From Candidatus Altimarinota bacterium (GTDB taxonomy: Bacteria; Patescibacteriota; Gracilibacteria; 1-14-2-50-48-13): 64,000 nucleotides of DNA. Positions 40,374-50,356 of this stretch are shown here, in pieces. How positions within the stretch are numbered: the first letter of the stretch is position 1; each line of letters begins with the position of its first letter. The stretch covers positions 160,001-224,000 of the forward strand of contig JBKBWQ010000001.1 of the NCBI GenBank assembly GCA_046314355.1, written 5' to 3'. Below the pieces are notes generated by a model, which searched no databases, was not told the DNA's origin, and saw only the letters and a program-made list of their open reading frames with translations. A program made the position numbers and the translations under genes.

Positions 40374-41390
40374 TTACTCTAAATAGAGAGCTTTTGCTTT
40401 GTTATGCTCAGCTTCTGTACGGCTAAAGTGAATGATACCGTCATTGTCATGAAGATAATACCAATAGGCACTGTCTTTAGGATTAAGTGCTGCCTGGATA
40501 CTCAGCATTCCCGGGTTAGAGATAGGAGTGGGTGGTAGTCCTTTAACTCGTCTGGAATTATATGGATTATCTGACTGCAATTCTTTATATGTCAGGGGAG
40601 CCAGAGGATCATTTTTGATATATCTAGTAGTTGCATCTGCTGCAAGCTGTACACCGTTTTCAAGTCTCTTCCATAAAATACCTGATACGATTTCCTGATC
40701 ATCCCGTGGTGTTGATTCTTTCTCCAAGATAGACGCCATTTTTATAATCTCGTCTAAAGAATATTTGCTAGCTTCTATATCTTTTTTTATTCCACTGACG
40801 ACTCTGTCTTCAAAATTCTGAAGCATTAGACCTAGAAAGCTCTTAAGCGTAAATTTCGTTTGATCGAAAAAATAGGTATCAGGAAATAAATACCCTTCAA
40901 GAGAATCATTATCTGGTAGAAAAGAAAAATCACTTTTAAAATCACATCCTCCCTTGATACACTCATCGAACTCTGCCTTTGTGACAAGACCTTTTTTGAT
41001 GAGTACTGCACCTATATCATTTACACTATATCCTTCTGGTATAGTTATACGCACTCTTGTAGGTACCACTTCTCCTGTCAGTATTTTAAGAACCTCTGGA
41101 ATAGTAAGTGATGGAGTAATATAGAATGTTCCTGCAGCAATGTCTTTATCCTTATTCTGTTCTGCAGCATATCTTGAAAAGCTATCCTCATTTACCACGA
41201 GCTCTTGTACAAAGAGATCATGAGCTATCTTTTTGACTGATGATCCGCTGGAAACAGTGAATTCTTTTACAAGAGTGCTTCCTGCGATTGGTTTTTCAGT
41301 AATATGTTTTTTATATTCCTGTTCTTTATATGTATACCAGCCTACTCCGAGCAGAGTAAAAACGAGTATGATAATAATGAACTTTTTCAT
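40374..41390 (-). CDS. mltG: Endolytic transglycosylase MltG
   Basis: TIPEG, LEGYLFPDTY, ASILEKE, GLPPTPISNPG. Confidence 0.94.
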   Translation of the reverse strand: MKKFIIIILVFTLLGVGWYTYKEQEYKKHITEKPIAGSTLVKEFTVSSGSSVKKIAHDLFVQELVVNEDSFSRYAAEQNKDKDIAAGTFYITPSLTIPEVLKILTGEVVPTRVRITIPEGYSVNDIGAVLIKKGLVTKAEFDECIKGGCDFKSDFSFLPDNDSLEGYLFPDTYFFDQTKFTLKSFLGLMLQNFEDRVVSGIKKDIEASKYSLDEIIKMASILEKESTPRDDQEIVSGILWKRLENGVQLAADATTRYIKNDPLAPLTYKELQSDNPYNSRRVKGLPPTPISNPGMLSIQAALNPKDSAYWYYLHDNDGIIHFSRTEAEHNKAKALYLE

Positions 41391-41411
41391 AAGCTATTAA
41401 GAGGGATAAAA

Positions 41412-41705
41412 TTATCCTATATTTGGAAGACCTAGTCCTCCCATAACATCTTTCATATTCTCTGCAGCAACTTGCTGAGCTTTTTTCATCGCTTTCTGCG
41501 TCGCTTCTTTGATAGAAGTTTCAGCTACTTTCTTACCCTGTGTCCATGCCTCATCTGATATCTGCATATCTATAATATTCATAGCTGCATCAATAGTAAC
41601 GGTACATCCGTTAACCTCTGATTCGATGTGTAGGTTTTCTAATTTACTTTGAATCTGTTTTGCCTGCTGCTGAAGTTTCATCAGCTGCTTTATATCTCCC
41701 ATCAT
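41412..41705 (-). CDS. ybaB: YbaB/EbfC nucleoid-associated protein
   Basis: MKLQQQAKQIQSKL...GGLGLP pattern and size. Confidence 0.8.
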   Translation of the reverse strand: MMGDIKQLMKLQQQAKQIQSKLENLHIESEVNGCTVTIDAAMNIIDMQISDEAWTQGKKVAETSIKEATQKAMKKAQQVAAENMKDVMGGLGLPNIG

Positions 41706-41796
41706 AATTTCTAAACATAAATGTTAAAGCTCCCACATATTACGGGAGAAAAAGAAAGAGTAAAGAGGAAGGAGGGGGATAGTTGGAGAGTAAATG

Positions 41797-41899
41797 GTAA
41801 TTAAGCAGTTAAGGGCTCGTTATTGGGCTCAATAATTAGGCGCTAATAATTGAACTCAATAATTGCAGCCCAATTACCGAGCCCCAATTACTTAATGAC
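41797..41899. repeat. Palindromic TAATTGGGCTCAA-unit element, copy D (empty)
   Basis: gtaattaag...ttattgggctcaataatt...attgcagcccaattaccgagccccaattacttaatgac; purine-rich left and pyrimidine-rich right flanks. Confidence 0.85.
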
Positions 41900-42066
41900 T
41901 CTCTTACTCAATTACTTTTTTACTTTCTATCCATTTTCTCCCTCACTTCTTTTAAAAAACTATTGCAAAAACGAATTTCTAGAGTATCTTTGTAGAGCAT
42001 ATTTAAAGAAGGGCGCTCAATATATAAAAATTAACGGTATTACTTTTCTAACATTTACACACACGG

Positions 42067-42708
42067 ATGGAAAACATTGTACTTCCTGTACAGATGAGAA
42101 ACGCTGGATCACAGGCAGCCAAGGATTTACGAACTGAAAAACAGGTTCCAGCAGTAATCTACGGCCATAAAAAAGAGAATATTCATATTTCAGTAGATGC
42201 CGAGAAACTTCGAAAAGTATATCGACATGCAGGAAGAAACACTATTGTTACTCTTGAACTTGATGGAGGAAAGACTGAAAAAGTACTTATCCATATGGTA
42301 GATAGACATCCAGTGAAAGATACTTTCATGCACGTAGACTTCTACGCTGTGAAGCTTAAAGAGAAGATTACTACAACTATTCCTCTTGAGTTTACTGGTA
42401 TTTCAAATGCAGTGAAAAATTTTGGTGGTATTTTTGTAGAGACAATGAGTGAAGTGGAAGTACGATGTCTTCCAACTGATCTTATTCATACGATCGTAGT
42501 AGATATTGCAGTACTTGAAAACTTTGGTGATTCTATCCATGTAAGTGATCTTATTGTACCTAAGACTATAGAAATTCTTACGGGAGAAGAAGAGACAATT
42601 GCTCTTGTACAGGCACCTAAGGAAGAAGTTGTTGCAAACGAAGCTCCTTCTGCAGACCAGCTTGTCCCAGAGTCAGCGAAAGACTCTACAGAATCTTCAG
42701 CAGCATAA
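42067..42708 (+). CDS. rplY: 50S ribosomal protein L25/CTC
   Basis: VPAVIYG, HVDFY, GDSIHVSDL. Confidence 0.93.
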   Translation: MENIVLPVQMRNAGSQAAKDLRTEKQVPAVIYGHKKENIHISVDAEKLRKVYRHAGRNTIVTLELDGGKTEKVLIHMVDRHPVKDTFMHVDFYAVKLKEKITTTIPLEFTGISNAVKNFGGIFVETMSEVEVRCLPTDLIHTIVVDIAVLENFGDSIHVSDLIVPKTIEILTGEEETIALVQAPKEEVVANEAPSADQLVPESAKDSTESSAA

Positions 42709-42739
42709 TTTTCCTTTTATATAATTACTTAAACTTCAC

Positions 42740-43036
42740 GTGATCAGAATCAGACTTAGCCGTATGGGCCGAAAAGGACAGCCTCACTATCGAATACTTG
42801 TTGCCGAGCATGCTCGAGCTGTACAGGGAAAATTTATTGAAGCTGTTGGAACTTATAAGCCAACTTCAAAGGAATTTGAAGGAATTAAGGAGCGTATTGA
42901 ATATTGGATTTCAGTAGGAGCGCAGCCTTCTCAGACAGTTGCTAGACTCTTGAAGAAGAATGGTTATGAGAATATGGATAAATTTATTAAATTTGTACAT
43001 TTCAAGAAGAAAGAAGAAGCAGAAAAGTCCGAGTAA
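42740..43036 (+). CDS. rpsP: 30S ribosomal protein S16
   Basis: IRLSRMGRK, GKFIEAVGTY, GAQPSQTV. Confidence 0.95.
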   Translation: MIRIRLSRMGRKGQPHYRILVAEHARAVQGKFIEAVGTYKPTSKEFEGIKERIEYWISVGAQPSQTVARLLKKNGYENMDKFIKFVHFKKKEEAEKSE

Positions 43037-43080
43037 AATTAGAGTAGACAATATTTTCTATTTTTTCGGAATTTTATCCT

Positions 43081-43344
43081 ATGCATGACGATCAAAAGTT
43101 TCTAGAATTTGCTATTCATGCTCTTGTAGATGATCATGATCAGGTGAAAATAGAGAGAGTGATAGACGATTATGGAGTTTTCTTTAAGGTTTGCGTATCT
43201 AAAGAAGACATGGGAAAAATTATTGGTAAAAAAGGTCGTACAGCGCAGGCACTTAAAACACTCCTCCGCGTTGTAGGTTCCAGGACACAGAGTAGAGTGA
43301 ATATGAAAATTATAGATCCAGAAAGAGACGAGGTAGTTGCTTAA
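43081..43344 (+). CDS. khpA: KH-domain RNA-binding protein KhpA
   Basis: DMGKIIGKKGRTA; follows rpsP. Confidence 0.88.
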   Translation: MHDDQKFLEFAIHALVDDHDQVKIERVIDDYGVFFKVCVSKEDMGKIIGKKGRTAQALKTLLRVVGSRTQSRVNMKIIDPERDEVVA

Positions 43345-43401
43345 GTAAAGCAGCTGCCTTTTCTTATATCGTACTTTCTTATATTATATCCAAAAACATA
43401 T

Positions 43402-43821
43402 ATGTATTTCTTTCCGGTAGTCGCGGCACAACTATCTTTCGTTCAGCCGGTTATGTCACCAATCGAGGCACTAAATAAATTTATTGCATATAGTATCCTG
43501 ATCGCTTTTGTCTTGTCAGTTGCTTATATTCTATGGGGGGGATTTAAGTTTATATTCTCTGGAGGTGATGACAACAAAGTAAAACAAGCAATGGGAACAA
43601 TTCGACATGCAATTATAGGACTTGTTATTGTCATAGGTGCGGTGTTTATTGTATATATCGTAGGTCAGTTCTTAGGAATGGATATTGGAAGACACCTCTT
43701 CAATTATGACGAGATTGTAAACGATATCAGAGGGATCATTGATAATCTAAGCGGAAACTCCAATCTGTTTCCAGGAGGAGATAGTAATAGTATCGATTAT
43801 AGCTTTGAAAGAGATTTCTAG
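43402..43821 (+). CDS. Pilin-like (TrbC/VirB2-like) membrane protein
   Basis: ILWGGFKFIFSGGD..KVKQA...I..AIIGLVIV. Confidence 0.75.
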   Translation: MYFFPVVAAQLSFVQPVMSPIEALNKFIAYSILIAFVLSVAYILWGGFKFIFSGGDDNKVKQAMGTIRHAIIGLVIVIGAVFIVYIVGQFLGMDIGRHLFNYDEIVNDIRGIIDNLSGNSNLFPGGDSNSIDYSFERDF

Positions 43822-44933
43822 ACCTCTTTCAACTGCCTGCTTTCCTTTTTGATAAGCAGCATACTAATAACGAACATAAGAAGAATGATTGCTGCAATGG
43901 CAATCATTTTTCCAAATGTTTTAAGATAGAATAGAAAGCCGATGGAAGCTATACCTAGAGCAAATGTCATCATATATGCTATGAGGAGTGTATGCTGTTC
44001 TGAGAAGCCTACACGAAGCAGTTTATGATGATAATGGTTCAGATCACCTTGGAAGGGAGACTGTCCCTTACTGACGCGTCTAATGATAACCCATAGCAGA
44101 TCTGCAAGAGGTAGACCAAGCACAATGAATGTTGTTGCTATCTTTCCACCTGTATAGAGAGAGAGTACAGCTAAGATAAATCCTATAAACATTGCACCGC
44201 TATCCCCAATGACAACTTTTGGAGGATAAAAGTCAAATCTGTTAAATACAAATAATATTGATCCTAATATAAGCGCCATTTTAGCCACATACTGAGCATT
44301 AAGCTTTTCATCAAGAGTAGTAGTGGTGGAGATGATCAGCAATATGCTAAGTCCAAGTAAAGTAAAACTAGCAATGGATCCGATACCTGAGACCAATCCA
44401 GGAATTCCATCCTGAAAGTTGATAGCATTCATTACAAAGATTATCCATACTATAGTAAATAAGTCTGCAAGAGGAGTGAACTCAAAGAGTTGACTAAAAA
44501 TTTCAAAGGATATAGTCCACATCCGAAGATCTATAGCACTTCCAAAAGGATTACTTATTACTTCTATACCAATTCCCGAGAGTACGAGGATAAGACCCGC
44601 TAGAAACTGCATCAAAAGTCTAAAGGATGGTTTTAAACGCTTGAAATCATCGATAAAGCTTACTGTCACTATAATAAGCCCTGAGCATATAAGTCCTAGG
44701 AGTTCTTTTGTAATCGGGAAAAATAATAAAAGATGACTAATAAATACTATGGATATAATAACTCCAGCGGAATACGGAAGAGCGGCTCTTTTAAGACCAT
44801 AATCATGTGGTCTATCGAGCAGACCCCACTTTGGAAAGTACTTGAATATAAAGAAAAAACCGAGTAAAGTACTTACGCTACTACTCAAGAATAAAAGAAG
44901 ATAATCCATTGGGAAGATAAATGACAAATTCAT
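43818..44933 (-). CDS. MraY/WecA/TagO family polyprenyl-phosphate sugar-1-phosphate transferase
   Basis: FIDDF, NAINFQDG..GL, IGDSGA, DLNHYHHKL. Confidence 0.9.
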   Translation of the reverse strand: MNLSFIFPMDYLLLFLSSSVSTLLGFFFIFKYFPKWGLLDRPHDYGLKRAALPYSAGVIISIVFISHLLLFFPITKELLGLICSGLIIVTVSFIDDFKRLKPSFRLLMQFLAGLILVLSGIGIEVISNPFGSAIDLRMWTISFEIFSQLFEFTPLADLFTIVWIIFVMNAINFQDGIPGLVSGIGSIASFTLLGLSILLIISTTTTLDEKLNAQYVAKMALILGSILFVFNRFDFYPPKVVIGDSGAMFIGFILAVLSLYTGGKIATTFIVLGLPLADLLWVIIRRVSKGQSPFQGDLNHYHHKLLRVGFSEQHTLLIAYMMTFALGIASIGFLFYLKTFGKMIAIAAIILLMFVISMLLIKKESRQLKEV

Positions 44934-44942
44934 AAGTATTAT

Positions 44943-45644
44943 ATGAAAAAATTGCCCGTATACAATAGCACCAAGAGAATATTGGAAGAATCAACAAAGA
45001 ATGCTTACAACATGTATGCATCAAAATTTGCTGAAACAAGAAACGGCAAGGTGCATTGGGAGGAGTTTGAAGTGCTTATACCTCTCCTCGCTAAAAAACC
45101 ATTAAATGTTTTAGATATCGGTTGCGGCAGCGGACGTTTTTTTTCATATCTAGAGAAGCATGCAGATATTTCTCACTATACTGGTATAGATTATTCTACG
45201 GAGCTTTTAAAGGAAGCAAAAGTGAAGGCAGGATTTCGTGATAAACTAGAGTGGATAGAAGGAGATATGCTGAACTTTAAAGTAGAAGAAGGAAAATATG
45301 ATCTTATTGTATTAATTGCCTCATTTCACCATCTGTTAAACCCTGAAGAGCATAAGTTATTTTTAAAAAAACTTTATGACTCTTTAAAACCTGAAGGAAT
45401 TTTATTTATGACAAATTGGAATCTTTTGGAACTACCGTTCTATGCTGATCGTCAAATTGAGAAAACCTCAATTTTTGAAATCCCTTTAAGCGATGGAAAA
45501 GATAAGGCAGAAAATAGATATTACTATGGATTTGAGTTAAAAGAGATTGAGCATTTATTTGAAAATGCAGGGTTTATAAAGAGCTCTCATACTTTATCTG
45601 AGAAGAATAAGAGAAATATAATCTCTGTAGCCTATAAGAGTTAA
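44943..45644 (+). CDS. Class I SAM-dependent methyltransferase
   Basis: VLDIGCGSGR, GIDYS, IASFHHL. Confidence 0.9.
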   Translation: MKKLPVYNSTKRILEESTKNAYNMYASKFAETRNGKVHWEEFEVLIPLLAKKPLNVLDIGCGSGRFFSYLEKHADISHYTGIDYSTELLKEAKVKAGFRDKLEWIEGDMLNFKVEEGKYDLIVLIASFHHLLNPEEHKLFLKKLYDSLKPEGILFMTNWNLLELPFYADRQIEKTSIFEIPLSDGKDKAENRYYYGFELKEIEHLFENAGFIKSSHTLSEKNKRNIISVAYKS

Positions 45645-46039
45645 ATAGCAAAGAAAAGGGAATAAAGTCCAGCTATGATCAAATATGATAAAAGAATTAT
45701 AGCTACACCGGTACTAACATTTTTGACCTTCGTAAAATAGTCTTCTTTTGCAGAATCCTTCGCCTGTACAGCAGCAAAACCTGCAAGTACGAGCATAAGC
45801 ACTGCGAGTGTTAAGGCGATGGAGACAGAGGAACGTATAATCTTATTTAAGAAGTTAAAGATATTACCCTCATACCCAGGAAGCATTCCTACTGATATTT
45901 GCTGATTTGTAGTCTGATTGATCCATTCATTTGCTTCCGGCGTTAACTCTGCATGGGTAAACTGCATCGGAAGCATAGCTGCAATGAGCAGCAGATAGGA
46001 GAAACGTGAGATATAATACTGCAGATTTTTGAATTTCAT
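45641..46039 (-). CDS. Pilin-like small membrane protein
   Basis: Signal peptide then two TM helices, LAVLMLVLAGF...GVAIILLSYLII. Confidence 0.55.
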   Translation of the reverse strand: MKFKNLQYYISRFSYLLLIAAMLPMQFTHAELTPEANEWINQTTNQQISVGMLPGYEGNIFNFLNKIIRSSVSIALTLAVLMLVLAGFAAVQAKDSAKEDYFTKVKNVSTGVAIILLSYLIIAGLYSLFFAI

Positions 46040-46163
46040 TTGAGGTAATTACAGATCTTCTCTTTATTTTACCTTATGTGCAGCGATTTGACAAAGATTA
46101 CCCTAAATATTTTACTTTGACTTATGGAGCTTCTTCTCATACAATCTGGAAGCATTCATTTAT

Positions 46164-46253
46164 GGAGAGATCGCATAGTGGTCGAGTGCGCCCGCTTGGA
46201 AGGCGGGTAGGGTCGAAAGGCTCTCCAGGGTTCGAATCCCTGTCTCTCCGCCA
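46164..46253 (+). tRNA. tRNA-Ser(GGA)
   Basis: Acceptor GGAGAGA/TCTCTCC, anticodon arm cccgc-ttGGAag-gcggg, long variable arm, GGTTCGAATCC, encoded CCA. Confidence 0.96.
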
Positions 46254-46405
46254 TTCTTCGCTTCTCAGCGAAGCTACGAATGGCACAGCCAGAATGGAAT
46301 GAATCTTCGCAGGCGAAGATTTTTTTTAATATAGCGAAGAATGTCCCTCGTAGCCTACACCTGAATTACAAATATTTGATATTCTTTGTGGCGTAGAGGG
46401 ATTCC
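46250..46405. repeat. tRNA-3'-linked palindromic element
   Basis: gccattc-ttcgct-tctc-agcgaa-gctac-gaatggc; aatcttcgc-ag-gcgaagatt; distal agcgaagaatg and tcgtagc are complementary to the proximal part. Confidence 0.45.
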
Positions 46406-46612
46406 CAAACATAAAGCATTGGTGTATTTTGGTACGCCTCTAAGTTCATCGTAATTCTTTTTTATAATAGAATATAAAAATTTATCCCTAAGTACTAACT
46501 ACTCCCACTATCACTCATACTCCGAGCCAAAAAGTACTCTCATAAAATGACAATGTACATTGATACAGAGTTACATTACAGTATGCATATATCCCGTTAT
46601 CATATTATAACT

Positions 46613-46939
46613 ATGAAAAAATTTCTCGTTCTCTACTGTGCAACTAAGGCTACTCTTGAGCAGTGGAATTCTATGACACAGGAAGAAGGTCAAGCTGGTA
46701 TGGATGCATGGGCACAGTGGCAGGAAGCGCATAAAAGTGAATTAGTTCAGCCTGGAAATCCTGTAGGAAAAAATACCCGTCTCACTAAAGAAGGTACAGA
46801 AGCTACTTCTAATGAAGTGTGCGGTTACTCAGTGGTGGCTGCTGAATCAAAGGAAGCCGTATCCGCACTTCTTGCTGATAATCCTCATCTCATGCAGACA
46901 GGGACGTATCTTGAAATCATGGAATTGATGGAAATATAA
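46613..46939 (+). CDS. YCII-related hypothetical protein
   Basis: MKKFLVLY...W..W...GNPVG...GYSVVAAES...NPHL; ATG 46613 preferred. Confidence 0.7.
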   Translation: MKKFLVLYCATKATLEQWNSMTQEEGQAGMDAWAQWQEAHKSELVQPGNPVGKNTRLTKEGTEATSNEVCGYSVVAAESKEAVSALLADNPHLMQTGTYLEIMELMEI

Positions 46940-46948
46940 TATCAACTT

Positions 46949-46980
46949 AAAAGGGATAGTAAATATGCTATCCCTTTTTT
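46949..46980 (+). terminator. Intrinsic terminator
   Basis: aaaagggatagta-aata-tgctatccctttttt. Confidence 0.75.
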
Positions 46981-47059
46981 GTATTATAATTTTATAATTC
47001 TCTTTCTACTTACTAAAAGTTAGTATATACTCGAAAGGCTTAATTTTTAAAGTAAATAT

Positions 47060-47575
47060 ATGTCAAATTTATATGTTGGTACTAAATACATAACTCTTGG
47101 TGCATTAGAGAATATGATTGCTCTTATTCGCAAGATAGAGACACAGCTTGAATCTAAAGGAATTTCTGAGGCTGAACTTTTGGATGCAAGACTTGCTCCA
47201 GATATGTTTCCTCTCGTCAAACAGATCCAGATTATGTCCGATAACGCAAAGGGATTGAATTCAAGGTTATCAGGAGTAGAAAACCCTTCTATGGCTGATG
47301 AAGAAAAAACTTTTGAAGAACTTATTGTGAGACTTGAGAATACACATCAATTTATTGCAGGAATAGATGATGAAAAGTATGCAGATGCTGATACACGCCA
47401 GATTGTAATGCCTTATTTTCCAGGAAAATACCAGACTGCCGAAGACTATGTAACGGATTTTGGAATTGCTAACTTCTACTTCCACTTTGTGACAGCCTAC
47501 GCAATTTTGAGAATGAAGGGATTTGATATTGGAAAGACTGATTTTGGAGGAACGCTTCATTTGAGAGATCTTTAA
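47060..47575 (+). CDS. DUF1993 (DinB-like) family protein
   Basis: LLDARLAPDMFPL..Q, NFYFHFVTAYAILR..G..IGK.DF. Confidence 0.9.
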   Translation: MSNLYVGTKYITLGALENMIALIRKIETQLESKGISEAELLDARLAPDMFPLVKQIQIMSDNAKGLNSRLSGVENPSMADEEKTFEELIVRLENTHQFIAGIDDEKYADADTRQIVMPYFPGKYQTAEDYVTDFGIANFYFHFVTAYAILRMKGFDIGKTDFGGTLHLRDL

Positions 47576-47597
47576 TATTCTCTTAAGAATCATTCCT

Positions 47598-48053
47598 ATG
47601 AAAAGATCATACTATAATTCTCCTGTGGGCATCCTTGAGCTGCAGGAGGATCAAGGACATCTGATAGGACTGTATTTTAGAGATGCTCAGGGTATTGAAA
47701 ATAATAACTCCGATCTTTTTATAGAAGTGAAAAAACAATTAGATGAATACTTTGTGGGAAAGAGAAGTACATTTACCCTTCCATTAAAGATTACAGGTAC
47801 ACCATTTCAGGAAGGTGTCTGGAATGCTCTTCTAGATATTCCTTATGGAGAAACAAGATCATACTTGCAACAGGCACAGTATATACAGAATCCCAAGGCT
47901 GTAAGAGCAGTTGGAACTACAAATGGGAAGAATAAAATTAGTATTATTATTCCATGTCATAGAGTAATTGGAAAAGATGGCAGTCTTACCGGCTATGGAG
48001 GTGAGTTATGGAGAAAAAAGTGGCTGCTTGAACATGAAAAAAAGTACAGATAA
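47598..48053 (+). CDS. ogt: Methylated-DNA-protein-cysteine methyltransferase
   Basis: IPYGETRSY, RAVG, IPCHRV, LTGYGG. Confidence 0.93.
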   Translation: MKRSYYNSPVGILELQEDQGHLIGLYFRDAQGIENNNSDLFIEVKKQLDEYFVGKRSTFTLPLKITGTPFQEGVWNALLDIPYGETRSYLQQAQYIQNPKAVRAVGTTNGKNKISIIIPCHRVIGKDGSLTGYGGELWRKKWLLEHEKKYR

Positions 48054-48054
48054 G

Positions 48055-48089
48055 AAAAAAGGACTCAATCTTAAAGATTAGTCCTTTTT
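48055..48089. terminator. Bidirectional intrinsic terminator
   Basis: aaaaaggact(c)aatct-taa-agattagtccttttt. Confidence 0.75.
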
Positions 48090-48260
48090 ATATAACTTCT
48101 AGTGCATAGAAGCAGGCATATGATATGAATCTATTTCATCCCAAATGTCTGGCTTCTATACTGAAATGCTTGTCTCCACTCATCACGTCTTAGGTGATAG
48201 TCTCGATGAAAGCGGACGTATAATAATGTAGAACAATAAAATGTCAATGAAATAATATAC

Positions 48261-48947
48261 TTAATTATTCTGCATGTCTGATTGCATGGAAATAAGCAAA
48301 GTATTCATTTGCTGAGTCGTTAAAGAAATATCTTTATATGAGAATAATGCTCTCATGCTTGCTACAGGAATATCTGAAGTCTCAACGTATTGATAAAATG
48401 GCATAAAGTCATTCCAAAAACATACAAATTCCTTTTCATCTGTTTTGCTTAAAGTTGCGCATTGATCTGCTGCCACTTCAACTCTGGCCGGGAAATACTG
48501 TTTTAAACTAGAGATCATTTTATCGGGATCTGCAGATGTAAATTTAGGATTCGTTGAGCTTAGCTCTATAGTTGGTTCTGAAAGACTTCTTTCACGTAAG
48601 GCTATTCTTCTTACAGATTGTGCTGCAACACGTATAAGTGTAGCTGTCTCATCTTGCGAGAAGATCTTCTTATTTCTAGAGATACATGAGCCACTTCCAG
48701 AGAGATTTGAGCAAAGAATGCTATCACTAGTATCTTCTCTAAGAAATATAAATTCTTTATCCTGCTGTACTACATATAATTTTGATGCCTGGCTTGCATC
48801 ATTCTGATCAATACCCATGATAAATCTGCCAGGTGTTCCAAAGGCATAACTAGTATCAGGAGAGAGAGAAGCAGGCAGCGAATTATTTGTGCAGGCTGTA
48901 ACAATGACTAAAGCTGCTAAAAAGAAAATATTTCTTAGAATATGCAT
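48261..48947 (-). CDS. Putative lipoprotein
   Basis: MHILRNIFFLAALVIVTAC lipobox. Confidence 0.7.
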   Translation of the reverse strand: MHILRNIFFLAALVIVTACTNNSLPASLSPDTSYAFGTPGRFIMGIDQNDASQASKLYVVQQDKEFIFLREDTSDSILCSNLSGSGSCISRNKKIFSQDETATLIRVAAQSVRRIALRERSLSEPTIELSSTNPKFTSADPDKMISSLKQYFPARVEVAADQCATLSKTDEKEFVCFWNDFMPFYQYVETSDIPVASMRALFSYKDISLTTQQMNTLLISMQSDMQNN

Positions 48948-49121
48948 AAAATGAGACTAATAAATTTACTTTATGATAAGAGGATTGAGGTAGAAAGCAA
49001 GAGAAAGAGGAGAAGCCAAATTAATTAGCTTACCCCTTAAGCTCTTGCTTACTTATTCCTTCTTTACTCTGCTTCCCAAATACGATATAAATAGACCAAT
49101 TTCTAGTTACTATTCATACAT

Positions 49122-49496
49122 ATGACGTATAAGCAGAAGGTATATATACTTCAAGTGGCGATAGCATTTATTTTTGCCTGGTTTGGAGTAGAAAAGCTTT
49201 TGTTTCCAGAGAGCTGGGCACTTTTTGTTCCTAGCTGGTTTACAACATATGTAAAAATAAATGTTACTCAGCTTGTGCTTCTCTGTGGTGCTGCTGAAAC
49301 AGTGCTTGCATTATGGATACTTATACCATGGAAAACTCATTGGGCAGCGTATACAGCATTTGTATACTTTATCCTTATTATTTCTGTTACAGGCATTTCA
49401 CATGCCGGGATAAGAGATATTTCTCTAGCTTTAAGCACACTTTCCTTAGCGCTCTTCACTACGCCTCCTAAAATAGATCTTCATTTTTCAAGATAA
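49122..49496 (+). CDS. DoxX family membrane protein
   Basis: F.WFGVEKL, G..E, IRDI.L; four TM helices. Confidence 0.75.
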   Translation: MTYKQKVYILQVAIAFIFAWFGVEKLLFPESWALFVPSWFTTYVKINVTQLVLLCGAAETVLALWILIPWKTHWAAYTAFVYFILIISVTGISHAGIRDISLALSTLSLALFTTPPKIDLHFSR

Positions 49497-50356
49497 TGCT
49501 ACCTGTTCGCTATAGATTTTGGGATGTACCATTTCATACACCTCTAAGAGATGAAGTGACAGAAGTATTTGCGCGTATGCTAAAGGAAGAAAAAATGCAT
49601 ATGGTCTTTACGCCGAATCCTGAGATCATGCTGGTTTCTGAAGATTTGCCAGAATATAAAGAAGTACTGCAGTCTGCATATTGGAATCTCCCCGATGGGC
49701 ATGGGATTTTATGGGCATCAACTTTTCTTGAAAAAACTAAAAACATAAGAAATAAACTCTTCATTATTTTGATTTTTCTTAAAACCTACGCTGATCTTGT
49801 AATAAATAAAAAAGCTCTACAGAGAATAATACCTGAGACTGTTACTGGAGCAGATACATTTTTTAAAGTACATTCTTTATTTGTAGAGAGAAGGATTCCT
49901 GTCTTTTATTTTGGAGGGGAAGATGGAGTAGATAAAGAGATTGGAGCAACGATGGAGAAAAAGTATCCTGGACTTCAAGTCGCAGGAAGCTGTGGAGGAT
50001 TTCCCTTTAGATCTAAAGAAGAAAATGAAGCAATACTTTCTAAAATTGAAGATGCTGCTCCTGAGGTAGTCTTTGTCGCTCTTACATTTCCGCGTCAGGA
50101 AATGTGGATACAGCAGAATAGTCCAAGATTGGAGAAGGCTGGAGTAAAGGTAGCAATGGGAATTGGAGGGACCTTTAATTTTGCTGTGGGAAGAATAAAA
50201 AGAGCCCCTCAATGGATGCAGAATCTGCATATTGAATGGCTCTGGAGACTTATAATGGAACCTAGGCGTATGAGGAGAATACTAAAGGCAGTATTATATT
50301 TTCCTTGGAAAGTTTTACAAAAGAAGCTGAATGCTTACTCTTCTTTTTCTGAGTGA
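49496..50356 (+). CDS. WecB/TagA/CpsF family glycosyltransferase
   Basis: TPNPE, PDG.GI.WA, PRQEMWI, GIGGTF, RAP.WMQ...EWLWRL..EP.R. Confidence 0.93.
   Translation: MLPVRYRFWDVPFHTPLRDEVTEVFARMLKEEKMHMVFTPNPEIMLVSEDLPEYKEVLQSAYWNLPDGHGILWASTFLEKTKNIRNKLFIILIFLKTYADLVINKKALQRIIPETVTGADTFFKVHSLFVERRIPVFYFGGEDGVDKEIGATMEKKYPGLQVAGSCGGFPFRSKEENEAILSKIEDAAPEVVFVALTFPRQEMWIQQNSPRLEKAGVKVAMGIGGTFNFAVGRIKRAPQWMQNLHIEWLWRLIMEPRRMRRILKAVLYFPWKVLQKKLNAYSSFSE

Noticed and set aside
41850-42137. Small ORFs starting inside repeat elements (also 27075-27293, 27083-27286, 37053-37268, 62160-62267)
   Set aside because: Chance frames translated from the palindromic repeats, with no protein-like features
46078-46302. 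74-aa ORF
   Set aside because: Overlaps the tRNA-Ser gene
46254-48947. Prophage or integrative element at tRNA-Ser
   Set aside because: No integrase or phage genes, and no duplicated tRNA 3' end (attR) was noticed
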